Of a DNA stretch of 64,000 nucleotides, positions 49,580-63,062 are shown in pieces. The DNA comes from an uncultured Gemmatimonadaceae bacterium (lineage in GTDB: Bacteria > Gemmatimonadota > Gemmatimonadetes > Gemmatimonadales > Gemmatimonadaceae): the NCBI GenBank assembly GCA_963751275.1, contig CAVVTZ010000008.1, positions 1-64,000 of the forward strand, written 5' to 3'. The translations under genes and the position numbers were made by a program. How positions within the stretch are numbered: position 1 is the stretch's first letter; each line of letters opens with the position of its first letter. The notes beneath the pieces were generated by a model that was not told the origin of the DNA, ran no database searches, and saw nothing but the letters and a program-made list of their open reading frames with translations.

Positions 49580-50570
49580 GCGCGTGCTGGTGACCGGCGC
49601 GGCGGGCTTCATCGGCTCGCACGTCGCCGAGGCGCTCATCGCGCGCGGCGACGCCGTGGCCGGCGTCGACAGTTTCGACGATTTCTATCCGGCGGCGGTG
49701 AAGCGCGCGAATCTCGCGGCGCTGCTCCCGCAGCCGCGCTTCACGCTCGTGGAGGCCGACGTGCGCGATGCCGCCGCGATGCGGCGCGCGATCGCGGAGT
49801 GGAAGCCGGCGGCGATCGTGCATCTCGCCGCGCGCGCGGGCGTGCGCCCCTCGATCGCGCAGCCGGCGCTGTACGCCGACGTGAACATCGGCGGCACGGT
49901 GGCGCTGCTGCAGGCGGCGCGCGAGGCGGGCGTCACGCGCTTCATCTTCGGGTCCAGTTCCTCCGTGTACGGCGACAACGCGACGCCGCCCTTCCGCGAG
50001 GACGACCCCGCGATCGCGCCGATCAGTCCCTACGCCGCCAGCAAGCGCGGCGCCGAGCTGCAGTGCGAGGCGTTCAGCGCGCTCGAGCCGGCGATGCGGA
50101 TCATCTCGCTGCGGTTCTTCACCGTGTACGGCCCGCGTCAGCGCCCCGATCTCGCCATCCACGGCTTCACGCGGCTGCTCGAGTCCGGGCAGCCGATCAC
50201 GATCTTCGGCGACGGCTCGGCGAGCCGCGACTATACGTACGTGAGCGACATCGTGCAGGGTGTCGTCGCCGCCGTGGACCGAACGCGCGCCGTGGCGGTG
50301 CGCCACGAGATCATCAATCTCGGCGAGCAGGCCACCACCACCGTGATCGAACTCGTCGCGCTCCTCGAAGCGGCCACCGGCCGCCGCGCAACGGTCACGC
50401 GCCAGCCGGCGCAGCCCGGCGATGTGCGCCGCACCTTCGCGGACATCACGCGCGCCCGCACACTCCTCGGCTATGCGCCTCAGGTGGGCGTGCGCGACGG
50501 CATCCCGCGCTTCGTCGACTGGTACCGCCGTCACGCCGCACCCGCGATCGCCGCGGGCAGTGCGCGATGA
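49572..50570 (+). CDS. UDP-glucuronate 4-epimerase-like SDR
   Basis: [42 protein letters not shown] and QPGDV. Confidence 0.85.
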
Positions 50571-51436
50571 ACCGATCTCTCACACACGGGTACCACACCC
50601 GCATGACTTTTTCCGTCCGTCCGACACGTTCCGGCCTGTCCTTCGTTGCGATCGCGTTGCTCCTCTCCGCCTGCGCGGGGGGCACGACCTTCACGCAGGG
50701 CGAAGCGTCCACCAACGCCAACTTGTTCGCCGCGTCGTTGAAGGCGGAGCAGCACAAGAACTGGGCGAAGGCCAGCAAGGGCTTCGAGCAGCTCACCTTC
50801 CAGCTCCCGGCCCGCGATCCCGCGCTGCCCCTCGCGTACTACTACCTCGGCGTGGCGCATCAGCACACGGGCGAGTTCATCCTCGCGGCGCAGGCGTTCT
50901 CGCGCGTGCCGGAGAATTTCCCGGAAGACACGATGGCATCGCTCGCGACGTACGAGGCGGGCGTCTCGTACGCGAAGCTCTGGCGGCGGCCCGACCTCGA
51001 CTCGGATTACGGCACGACGGCGATCAGCACCTTCCAGAGCTTCCTGGCGGCGTATCCGGACTCGCCGCTGCGCGACAGCGCCGCGCTCGCGATCGACCGC
51101 CTCAACGAGATGTTCGCGAAGAAGAACCTCGAGACCGCCGATCTCTACGCGAAACAGAAGGCGTTCGACTCGTCCATCATCTACTACAAGGACATCCTCG
51201 CGCGCTATCCGCAGACGAAGACCGCGAAGCCGGCGATGATGGGACTGATCAAGGCGTATCGCGCGATCTCGTACATCGATGACGCGAACGACGCCTGCGC
51301 CACGCTCCGCGAGAAGTACGGCAAGGACCGCGATGTGCAGCACCTGTGCCCGGTGAAGGTGAAGCCGGCGGCTCCGGCCGTGAAGCCGCCGCCGCCGCCG
51401 ATCGCCCCGGCCAGCACGCCGCCCGCGAAGCCCTGA
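50567..51436 (+). CDS. bamD: Outer membrane protein assembly factor BamD (TPR lipoprotein); start may be 50603
   Basis: LLLSAC lipobox; TPR-like helices with FPED, YPDS and YPQT turns; precedes nadD. Confidence 0.8.
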   Translation: MNRSLTHGYHTRMTFSVRPTRSGLSFVAIALLLSACAGGTTFTQGEASTNANLFAASLKAEQHKNWAKASKGFEQLTFQLPARDPALPLAYYYLGVAHQHTGEFILAAQAFSRVPENFPEDTMASLATYEAGVSYAKLWRRPDLDSDYGTTAISTFQSFLAAYPDSPLRDSAALAIDRLNEMFAKKNLETADLYAKQKAFDSSIIYYKDILARYPQTKTAKPAMMGLIKAYRAISYIDDANDACATLREKYGKDRDVQHLCPVKVKPAAPAVKPPPPPIAPASTPPAKP

Positions 51437-51441
51437 CGCCG

Positions 51442-52014
51442 GTGCGCCTCGGCGTTCTCGGCGGCACGTTCGACCCGCCGCATCTCGGTCATCTGCTCGC
51501 CGCGAGCGACGCGTACGAAGCGCTCGCGCTCGACCGGCTCCTGTTCGTCCCGGCGGCGCAACAGCCCTTCAAGGCGGGGCGCGTGGCGGCGTCGCCGGAG
51601 CAGCGTGCGGCCATGTGCGAACTGATGCTCGGCGTCGATGCGCGATTCGCCGTGGAGCGTTCGGAGATATTGCGGGGTGGGTTATCTTACACCGTGGATA
51701 CGCTCGCCGCGCTCGCGGCCGCCGAACCCGGCGTCGCGCTCTTCTTGCTGATCGGCGAGGATCTCGCTGATGAGGTGGGCTCTTGGCGCGAGTCCGCGCG
51801 GATCGCGGAGTTGGCGGAGATCGCGGTGATGTCGCGCACGGCCGGCGCGGCGAGCTGGCCGGCCGGCGGCTTGCCGATGCGCCGGATCGCCACGCGGCGC
51901 GTTGAGTTGTCGTCCACGGAAGTGAGAGCCAGGGTAAGGGCTGGGAAGCCGATCAACGGATTCGTCGCCGACCCGGTGGCGCGGTACATCCGCGACACGG
52001 GCCTGTACCGCTAG
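51442..52014 (+). CDS. nadD: Nicotinate-nucleotide adenylyltransferase
   Basis: GGTFDPPHLGH, SYTVDTL, LIGED, SSTEVR and YIRDTGLY. Confidence 0.95.
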   Translation: MRLGVLGGTFDPPHLGHLLAASDAYEALALDRLLFVPAAQQPFKAGRVAASPEQRAAMCELMLGVDARFAVERSEILRGGLSYTVDTLAALAAAEPGVALFLLIGEDLADEVGSWRESARIAELAEIAVMSRTAGAASWPAGGLPMRRIATRRVELSSTEVRARVRAGKPINGFVADPVARYIRDTGLYR

Positions 52015-52023
52015 AGGATCGTC

Positions 52024-55239
<3,216 letters not shown>

Positions 55240-55264
55240 GACTGCCGGCCTCCGCGGCACAGCA

Positions 55265-55343
55265 GGGGCGCATCTAGCGTCTGGTACTGATTGAACGGCG
55301 ACCCCCGAACCACGTTATTGGTCCCCCGAACTCCGACATTGGC
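55265..55343. repeat. Motif M (minus strand) fused to one arm of the long-hairpin family (copy C)
   Basis: ggggcgcatctagcgtctggtactgatt followed by gaacggcgacccccgaaccacgttattggtcccccgaactcc, which closely matches the reverse complement of 7226-7267. Confidence 0.85.
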
Positions 55344-55385
55344 CATTGGTTCGTAGGCAGTTCTAAATGCGTACGACCAACGACG

Positions 55386-55426
55386 GCACGAAAGGCGCCC
55401 GGCGATTCGCCGGGCGCTTTTCGTGC
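55386..55426 (+). terminator. Terminator-like hairpin after secA
   Basis: gcacgaaaggcgcccggcg-att-cgccgggcgcttttcgtgc. Confidence 0.7.
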
Positions 55427-55498
55427 TTCGCGCGGGATTCCGATGACCGCCGGAACTGTCCCGGACGCCACCATTCCCGGTCATCCTCGGGGAGCGTT

Positions 55499-56203
55499 AT
55501 GGCTGGCTTCGTGCAGGGGTCTGCATTAAGTATCAGGGAGATGCCGCGCGGGGAACGGCCCCGGGAGCGGCTGCGGAACAACGGCGCGGGTTCACTGAGC
55601 GCCGCCGAGCTGCTGGCGATCGTCATTGGCTCGGCGGGGGGTGGGTCGTCGGCGCTGCAATTGGGACACGAGGTGCTGGCATCGGCGGGCGGTTCACTGC
55701 GGCGGATGGCGTCGCAGCCGGTGGCGGCGATCACCGCGATGCACGGGATGGGGCCCGCGCGCGCGGTGGCGGTGCACGCGGCGCTCGAACTGGGGCGCCG
55801 GCTGGCGGCGGAGGTGCGCGACGAGGGCGCGCCAATGCGGAGCCCGCGCGACGTGGCGGCCGCATTCGCGCCGCGACTCGAGGACCTGCCGGTCGAGGAG
55901 TTCCATGTCGCCATCCTCGACGCGCAGCACCGCCTCGAGCGCGATGTCACCGTCACGCGCGGCCTGCTCAACTCGTCGCTCGTGCATCCGCGCGAGGTCT
56001 TCCGGGAAGCGATCGCCGAGCGCGCGGCGGCGATCATCCTGGTGCACAATCACCCGAGCGGCGACCCCACGCCGAGTGCGGATGACCGGCTCGTGACCGA
56101 GCAGCTCGTCGCGGCCGGCCGGTTGTTGGACATCCCCGTGCACGATCACGTGATCGTGGGGCGGGGGCGGTACACCAGTTTCGCGGAGGCAGGCCTGCTG
56201 TGA
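55499..56203 (+). CDS. radC: RadC family (JAB domain) protein
   Basis: ERPRERL, ELLAI, VHPREVF, HNHPSGDPTPS and HDHVIVG. Confidence 0.94.
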   Translation: MAGFVQGSALSIREMPRGERPRERLRNNGAGSLSAAELLAIVIGSAGGGSSALQLGHEVLASAGGSLRRMASQPVAAITAMHGMGPARAVAVHAALELGRRLAAEVRDEGAPMRSPRDVAAAFAPRLEDLPVEEFHVAILDAQHRLERDVTVTRGLLNSSLVHPREVFREAIAERAAAIILVHNHPSGDPTPSADDRLVTEQLVAAGRLLDIPVHDHVIVGRGRYTSFAEAGLL

Positions 56204-58382
56204 CGGTTCCGGTCCTCAAGAGCGTGATCCCCGGGTGGGACCTCGACACCGAGCTGCTCGCGCGGCTCGATGCCGATCTGCTCGCGCGCGCCTATCGGTT
56301 CAGCGAAACGGCGCACCACGGGCAGAAGCGCTCCTCGGGCGAGCCGTACGTCGTGCACTGCGTGCAGGTCGCGAAGATCCTCGCCGAGCTGCATCTCGAC
56401 ACCGTGACGGTCGCCTGCGGCCTCATCCACGACGTGGTGGAGGACACCGCCGTGACGGTGGCCGACGTCGAGCGCGAGTTCGGCGCGGAGATGGCGCAGA
56501 TCGTGGACGGCGTCACCAAGATCGGCTCGCTCGCCTTCCAGAGCCGCGAGGAGCGCCAGGTCGAGAATTACCGCAAGCTGCTGCTCTCGATCGCGAAGGA
56601 TGTCCGCGTCATCCTCATCAAGCTCGCGGACCGCCTGCACAACATGCGCACGCTCGACTATCTGCCGGAGGAGAAGCGGCGCCGCATCGCGCAGGAGACG
56701 ATGGACCTCTACGCGCCGCATGGCGCACCGCTTCGGCATGGCGCAGGTGCGGTGGGAGCTCGAGGACCTCTCCTTCAAGTACCTCGAGCCCGCCGACTAC
56801 AAGTCGCTCGCGAAGCTCGTCACGTCCAAGCGCGGGCATCGCGAAGGGCTCATCGCGCAGATGGAGGGTCCGCTCGAGCGCGACCTCAAGGCCGCCGGCA
56901 TCAAGGACGTCGAGGTCGTCGGCCGGCCGAAGCATCTCTGGTCGATCTGGAAGAAGATGAAGCAGCGCGACAAGCCGTACGAGGAGATCTACGACCTCAT
57001 GGCGGTGCGCGTGCTCGTCAGACACGGTGCCCGAGTGCTACCACGCGCTCGGCGTCATCCACGACGCGTATACGCCGCTGCAAGAGCGCATCAAGGACTA
57101 CATCGCGCAGCCGAAGTCGAACGGCTACCAGTCGCTGCACACCACCGTGTTCGGTCCCGGCCGCCAGCTCTACGAAGTGCAGATCCGCACGCGCGAGATG
57201 CACCAGACCGCCGAGTACGGCATCGCGGCGCACTGGCTGTACAAGGAGGCGCGCGATCCCGACCAGGCGGACCAGCAGGTCAACTGGTTGCGCCAGATCC
57301 TCGAATTCCAGCTCGACGCGAAGAATCCCGCCGAGTTCTTCGAGTTCCTCAAGCTCGACCTGTACCAGCGCGAGATCTTCGTGCTCACGCCCACCGGCGA
57401 CGTGGTGGAGCTGCCCGACGGCGCGACGCCGATCGACTTCGCGTTCGCGGTGCACTCCGAGGTCGGGCTGCACTGCCAGGGCGCGAAGGTGAACGGCCGC
57501 ATCGCCCCGCTCTCGCGCGTGCTCAAGAGCTCGGACACGGTCGAGATCATCACGTCGCCCAACGCGCGCCCCAGCCGCGACTGGCTGGCGCACGTGCACA
57601 CCGGGCGTGCGCGCCACAAGATCCGGCAGTGGATCCGCCAGGAGGAGCAGACCACCTCCGCGCGCCTCGGCCGCGACATCCTCGACCGCGAGGTGCGCCG
57701 CCGCAGTCTCGCCAAGCCGGACGACGATTCGCTGAAGGCCGCCGCGAAACTGCTCGGCCTCACCGACGCGAACCACCTGATCGCGAGCCTCGGCCAGGGC
57801 GACGTGAACAAGGAGCAGGTGATCAAGGCGATCTATCCGGCGCTCGAGACGCCATCGGAGAAGCCGGCGGGGAAGCCGAGCGCGTTCGAGCGGTTGGTGA
57901 CGCGCATGCGGGGCGCGCCGAAGGGCGTGCGCATCCAGGGCGTGGACGGGCTCATGGTGCGGTACTCGCAGTGCTGCCAGCCGGTGCCGGGCGATCCGGT
58001 GGTCGGCTACGTGACGCGCGGCCGCGGCGTGAGCATCCACCGCGCGGATTGCCCGAACGTGCTGTCGCTCTCGAGCGAGCCGGAGCGCCGGCTCGACATC
58101 GATTGGCAGGAAGTGCAGGGCCAGATCTTCCTCGTGCGGCTGGCGCTCGAAGGGGCTGACCGGCGCGGTCTCTATGCAGACGTCGCGGAAGCGGTGACGG
58201 GGACGGGCACGAACATCAAGAGCGTGGATCTGCGCTCCGGCGACGGCGGCGGCGTGAGCGGCACGATGCTCGTGGAGGTCGAGAACCTCGCGCACCTACA
58301 GAAGGTGATCCGCGTGGTCAGAAAGATCAAAGGGATCACGGATGTCGCGCGCCGGGAACGACACGCGAGCGAGGAACAGTAA
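56200..58382 (+). CDS. rel: Bifunctional (p)ppGpp synthetase/hydrolase Rel (frameshifts near 56718 and 57020)
   Basis: HDVVED, KLADRLHNMRT, RIKDY, NGYQSLHT, EVQIRT, TGS domain (TPIDFAF), CCQPVPGD and C-terminal ACT domain. Confidence 0.95.
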
Positions 58383-58560
58383 CGGCGACACTGGCGCCGC
58401 TGACGGCGAGTGTGACACCGCTGACGGCGCCTGTGATCGTTGACGTGTAGCAAAGCGCCGTCGCCACAGGTCAACGACCACACGCGCCCTCAGCGGCGTC
58501 ACGCTCGCCGTCAGCGGTTCCAATTGCGCCGTTCAATCAGTACCATACGCCAGACGCGCC
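58381..58560. repeat. Long imperfect hairpin with family termini and a 21-nt internal repeat, followed by motif M (copy D)
   Basis: 58397-58453 versus the reverse complement of 58461-58517 match at 49/57; termini aacggcg...cgccgttc, then aatcagtaccatacgccagacgcgcc. Confidence 0.85.
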
Positions 58561-58591
58561 GTTCTCAGAACCCCATTCGCCAATTCAGCTC

Positions 58592-60637
58592 GTGACGGAC
58601 TTCAAATTCACGGCCCCCTTTGAGCCCGCCGGCGATCAGCCTCGCGCCATTACCGAGCTGAACGAGGGGCTCGCGCGCGGCGACCGGTTCCAGACGCTGC
58701 TCGGCGTCACCGGGTCCGGGAAGACGATGACCGTGGCGAACGTCATCCAGCACTACGGCAAGCCCACGCTCGTGCTGAGCCACAACAAGACGCTGGCCGC
58801 GCAGTTGTACGGAGAGCTCAAGAGTTTCTTCCCGAACAACGCCGTCGAGTATTTCATCTCGTACTACGATTACTACCAGCCCGAAGCCTACGTCCCCTCG
58901 AGCGACACCTACATCGAGAAGGATGCGTCGATCAACGAGGACATCGACCGCCTCCGCCTCCGCGCCACCTCCAGCCTCATGGAGCGCGATGATGTGATCA
59001 TCGTCGCGACGGTCAGCGCCATCTACGGACTCGGCGACCCCGTGGAGTACCGCGAGCGCATGGTCAGCGTGAAGGTCGGCGAGACGCGTCCGCGCGACGA
59101 CCTGCTGCGCGCGCTCGTCGCGATCCAGTATTCGCGCAACGATGTCGCCTTCGAGCGCGGCACCTTCCGCGTGCGCGGCGACACGGTGGAGATCTTCCCC
59201 GCCTACGAGGAGCAGGCGGTGCGCATCGAGCTCTGGGGCGACACGGTGGAGCGGATCTCCAAGATCCATCCGGTCACCGGCGACGCGATCGCCAAGCTCG
59301 ACCGCGCGGCGATCTACCCGGCGAAGCACTTCGTCACCACCCGGCCGACGCTCGAGCGCGCGGTGTCGCTCATCCGCTCGGAACTCAACGAGCGCCTCCC
59401 GCTGCTGCGCAGCGCGGGGAAATTGCTCGAGGCGCAGCGCCTGGAGTCGCGCACGAACTTCGACATCGAGATGATGCTCGAGGTCGGCACCTGCGCGGGG
59501 ATCGAGAACTACTCGCGCCATCTCTCCGGGCGCCAGGCCGGCGAGCGCCCCGCGTGCCTCTTCGACTACTTCCCCGAGGATTTCCTCGTCGTCGTGGACG
59601 AGTCGCACGTCTCCCTGCCGCAGATCTCCGGCATGTTCAACGGCGATCGCGCCCGCAAGCTCACGCTCGTCGAGTACGGCTTCCGCCTGCCGAGCGCGCT
59701 CGACAATCGGCCGCTGATGTTCGACGAGTTCCTCTCGCTCACGCCCAAGGCGCTCTTCGTCAGCGCGACGCCGGGCGACCTCGAGCTGCAGCTCTCGGGG
59801 GGCGTCATCGTCGAGCAGATCATCCGCCCCACCGGCCTGCTCGATCCGGAGATCGAGGTGCGCCCGGTGCGCGGCCAGGTGGACGACCTGCTCAATGAGA
59901 TCCGCCTCCGCGAGCGGCGCGGCGAGCGCGTGCTCGTCACGACGCTCACCAAGCGGATGGCCGAGGACCTTGCCGACTACCTGCAGCAGATGCGCGTGCG
60001 GGTGCGCTACATGCACTCGGACATCGACGCGATCGAGCGGATGGAGATCATCCGCGGGCTCCGGCTGGGCGACTTCGACGTGCTCGTCGGGATCAACCTC
60101 CTGCGCGAGGGACTGGACCTGCCCGAGGTGTCGCTCGTCGCGATCCTCGACGCGGACCAGGAAGGCTTCCTGCGCAGCGACCGCTCGCTGATCCAGACCG
60201 TGGGCCGCGCGGCGCGCAATGTGAACGGCCGCGCGATCTTCTACGCCGATCGGGTCACCGGCTCCATGCAGCGCTGTCTCGACGAGACCAAGCGCCGCCG
60301 CGCGATCCAGCGCGCCTTCAACGAGGAGCACGGCGTCACGCCGACCACCGTCGTGAAGAGCACCGACGAAGTGAATTTCAGCACGCGCCTCGCCGACGCG
60401 CGCATGGAAGTGCCCGAGAAGAAGGTCGCGGAGCCGCGCGCGACCTACGCGTCCGAGATGGACGACGCCGCGCTCCTCGAGATGCTCGAGGCGCAGATGA
60501 AGGAGGCCGCCGAGGCGCTCGACTTCGAAGAGGCCGCCACCCTGCGCGACCAGGTGTTCGAACTCAAGGCGCGCATGAGCGGCGGCGGCGCGAAGAAGGG
60601 CGCGGGGCTCGGCCGGCTGCGGGCGCCGCGCGCGTGA
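58592..60637 (+). CDS. uvrB: Excinuclease ABC subunit B
   Basis: [37 protein letters not shown] and C-terminal UVR domain. Confidence 0.99.
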   Translation: MTDFKFTAPFEPAGDQPRAITELNEGLARGDRFQTLLGVTGSGKTMTVANVIQHYGKPTLVLSHNKTLAAQLYGELKSFFPNNAVEYFISYYDYYQPEAYVPSSDTYIEKDASINEDIDRLRLRATSSLMERDDVIIVATVSAIYGLGDPVEYRERMVSVKVGETRPRDDLLRALVAIQYSRNDVAFERGTFRVRGDTVEIFPAYEEQAVRIELWGDTVERISKIHPVTGDAIAKLDRAAIYPAKHFVTTRPTLERAVSLIRSELNERLPLLRSAGKLLEAQRLESRTNFDIEMMLEVGTCAGIENYSRHLSGRQAGERPACLFDYFPEDFLVVVDESHVSLPQISGMFNGDRARKLTLVEYGFRLPSALDNRPLMFDEFLSLTPKALFVSATPGDLELQLSGGVIVEQIIRPTGLLDPEIEVRPVRGQVDDLLNEIRLRERRGERVLVTTLTKRMAEDLADYLQQMRVRVRYMHSDIDAIERMEIIRGLRLGDFDVLVGINLLREGLDLPEVSLVAILDADQEGFLRSDRSLIQTVGRAARNVNGRAIFYADRVTGSMQRCLDETKRRRAIQRAFNEEHGVTPTTVVKSTDEVNFSTRLADARMEVPEKKVAEPRATYASEMDDAALLEMLEAQMKEAAEALDFEEAATLRDQVFELKARMSGGGAKKGAGLGRLRAPRA

Positions 60638-61059
60638 CGGCGCAGTCTCCCGTGGCGCTCACGCGCGCCGAACTCACCGCGTGGGGCGAGCGGTTCGGCC
60701 GCACCGCCGCCGCGCCGCTCGTCGTCGCGATCCGCGGCGAGCTCGGCGCCGGCAAGACGACGCTCGTGCAGGCGATCTGCCGGGGAGCCGGCGTGACGCA
60801 GGAGGTCACCAGCCCGACCTTCGCGCTCGTGCACCAGTACGCGGCGCCCAAGTGGCCCGTCTATCATCTCGATCTCTATCGGCTCGACCGTCCCGAGGAA
60901 TTGACCAACATCGGCTGGGATGAGATCGTCACCGCGCCGGCGCTCGTGCTGGTCGAGTGGCCCGAGCGCGCCGGGCCGCGCCTGCCGTCCGGCGCGATGC
61001 CGGTCGCACTCGCATACGATCCGTCCGATCCCGACCGGCGGGTCCTGACCGCCGGATGA
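60634..61059 (+). CDS. tsaE: t6A biosynthesis ATPase TsaE
   Basis: [19 protein letters not shown] and VEW. Confidence 0.95.
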   Translation: MTAQSPVALTRAELTAWGERFGRTAAAPLVVAIRGELGAGKTTLVQAICRGAGVTQEVTSPTFALVHQYAAPKWPVYHLDLYRLDRPEELTNIGWDEIVTAPALVLVEWPERAGPRLPSGAMPVALAYDPSDPDRRVLTAG

Positions 61060-61718
61060 CCAAGACCCTCACGCTCGCGCTCGACGCGGCCACCTACACG
61101 GGCACGGTGGCCGTCCTGAGCGACGGCGCCATAGTCGCGGAGCGCGCCGTCGCGATGCGAGGAGAGCACGAGGAGCGGCTCCTCCCGGCGGTGGCCTCCG
61201 CGCTCACCGAGGCCGGCGCTCAGCCGGCGGACATCACGCGCGTCGTGTGCGGCGGCGGACCCGGCAGCTTCACGAGCCTGCGGATCGCCGCGTCGATCGC
61301 GAAGGGGCTCGCCAGCGCGCGCGGCGTGCCGATGTTCGAGGTGCCGTCGCTGGCGCTGATCATCGCCGGCAATCCGCTGTCCGCCGGCCGCTATCTCGCG
61401 GCGCTCGACGCGATGCGCGGCGAGGTCTACGTCGCCGGCTACGCGCGCGACTCGGACGGGATCACGGAGATCGCGCCGCCGGCGCTCGTCGCGCGCGACG
61501 CGGCCGCGGCGGTGGCCGAGTCGCTCGGCGCGCGGCTCGCCGGTCCCGCGGAATCGCTCGCCGTCGCGCCGCACGCCCGCGGCGTCGCGCTGCTGGGGAG
61601 CTGGCTGGCCGCCGCGCCGCCGGTGGACCTGGCCACGTGGGAGCCGCGGTATGGCCGCGTCGCGGAGGCGCAGGCGAAGTGGGAGCGCGAGCACGGGCGC
61701 CCGCTCACCGGGGCCTAG
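61056..61718 (+). CDS. tsaB: t6A biosynthesis protein TsaB
   Basis: LALDAAT, GPGSFTSLRI and DAMRGEVY. Confidence 0.93.
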   Translation: MTKTLTLALDAATYTGTVAVLSDGAIVAERAVAMRGEHEERLLPAVASALTEAGAQPADITRVVCGGGPGSFTSLRIAASIAKGLASARGVPMFEVPSLALIIAGNPLSAGRYLAALDAMRGEVYVAGYARDSDGITEIAPPALVARDAAAAVAESLGARLAGPAESLAVAPHARGVALLGSWLAAAPPVDLATWEPRYGRVAEAQAKWEREHGRPLTGA

Positions 61719-61719
61719 C

Positions 61720-62172
61720 GTGGAGGCGGCCGTCACGATCCGTCCGGCGGCGCCGGCCGACCTGGACGCCATTGTCGAGATCGAGCGCGGATCGTTCGGC
61801 GATCCGTGGAACCGCGCGCTCTTCTTCGATGCGCTCTTCGCCAAGCACACCCGGTTCGACGTCGCGGTCGATGCCGCGGGCACGGTCGTCGGCTACCTCG
61901 TGGCGCAGATCGTCGCCGATGAGGGGGAGGTGCTCAACCTGGCGGTGGCGCCGGGCCGCCGGCGCGGCGGGACGGGGGCGCGGCTGCTGAGCGGGCTCAT
62001 GGCCGACGCGCGCGCGCGGGGCGTGTTAGCGGTCCATCTCGACGTGCGCGAATCCAACGCCGCCGCGCGCGCGCTGTATGCGCGCTTCGGATTCGCCGGC
62101 GTGGGGCGGCGCCGCGCGTACTACCGCGAGCCCGTCGAGGATGCGCTGGTCCTCCGCAGCGATCTGCGGTGA
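61720..62172 (+). CDS. rimI: Ribosomal-protein-alanine N-acetyltransferase (RimI-type GNAT)
   Basis: IERGSFGDPW, NLAVAP, VRESN, LYARFGF and RRAYY..PVEDA. Confidence 0.9.
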   Translation: MEAAVTIRPAAPADLDAIVEIERGSFGDPWNRALFFDALFAKHTRFDVAVDAAGTVVGYLVAQIVADEGEVLNLAVAPGRRRGGTGARLLSGLMADARARGVLAVHLDVRESNAAARALYARFGFAGVGRRRAYYREPVEDALVLRSDLR

Positions 62173-62175
62173 GTA

Positions 62176-62205
62176 GTACCATCCGCTGCCGTCCAGACGC
62201 GCCCC
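62176..62205 (+). repeat. Motif M copy
   Basis: gtaccatccgctgccgtccagacgcgcccc, 3 nt after the rimI stop. Confidence 0.75.
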
Positions 62206-62313
62206 GGCGGTGCGCCGAAGCAGGCTTCGCCGCGCGTTGGATCGGTGGCACGCGCGCGGCCCGCCCGATATACTTTCTCCGGCGATGTCATTCGCCATCT
62301 GCCAGGAGGAACC

Positions 62314-62820
62314 GTGAGCCGCAGTCTCAATAAGGTCACCCTGATCGGCAATCTCGGCGCCGATCCCGAAGTGCGGTCCGCCACGGGCGGCAACCGCGTC
62401 GCGAACTTCTCGCTTGCCACCAGCCGCCAGTGGACCGGCGCGAACGGCGAGAAGCAGGAGAAGACGGAGTGGCACCGCTGTGTGGTCTGGAATTCCAAGG
62501 TGTCCACACTCGCCGACATCGTCGAGAAGTACCTCAAGAAGGGCGACAAGGTGTACGTCGAGGGGCGGATCGAGTACCGCCAGTGGCAGGACAAGGACAA
62601 CCAGACGCGCTACAGCACGGAGATCAACGTCCGCGAGCTGATCATGCTCTCCGGCCGCCCGGGAGGGTCGGACGACGCCGAGGGCGGGGCCCGGAGCCGG
62701 CCGCGCGCGGCGGCGGCAGGGGCGGGATCCGGGTCCGGCACGTCCGGCGCGCCTGCGGGAGGCGATTTCGAGGATTTCAAGGGCAGCCTCGAAGAGACCG
62801 ACGACGATCTCCCGTTCTGA
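62314..62820 (+). CDS. ssb: Single-stranded DNA-binding protein
   Basis: SLNKVTLIGNLGADPE, TEWHR and DDDLPF tail; AGGAGG RBS. Confidence 0.98.
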   Translation: MSRSLNKVTLIGNLGADPEVRSATGGNRVANFSLATSRQWTGANGEKQEKTEWHRCVVWNSKVSTLADIVEKYLKKGDKVYVEGRIEYRQWQDKDNQTRYSTEINVRELIMLSGRPGGSDDAEGGARSRPRAAAAGAGSGSGTSGAPAGGDFEDFKGSLEETDDDLPF

Positions 62821-62824
62821 ACCG

Positions 62825-62919
62825 CGGGGGCGCCTGTGGTGGTTGACGTATGGCACGGCAGGGGCGCGGTTCGCGCCCCTGCCGTCGTCTGTACCATACG
62901 CTATCCCCAGACGCGCCCC
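62825..62919. repeat. Inverted pair of motif M copies flanking a GC hairpin
   Basis: Degenerate M(-) at 62825-62856, hairpin acggcaggggcgcg-gtt-cgcgcccctgccgt at 62855-62885, M(+) gtaccatacgctatccccagacgcgcccc at 62891-62919. Confidence 0.75.
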
Positions 62920-63062
62920 TTGGCCGTAACCCGTTGCCTTATCACGCGTCTTAGTAGGGAACCCGCGCGCGCCCCGGTGTTTTGCCGGGGGCGCTCGGTT
63001 CCGTTTTCTTTCGGGAACCGCGCACCTGTTGCGCACCGAGTGAGGACCACGAGGACTCCGCC

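Noticed and set aside
55499..56203. radC as a marker of a mobile or anti-defence element
   Set aside because: Full-length chromosomal type, coupled to rel in a housekeeping context.
58381..58560. Repeats as a mini CRISPR array
   Set aside because: The units are adjacent or inverted without unique spacers, and there are no cas genes.
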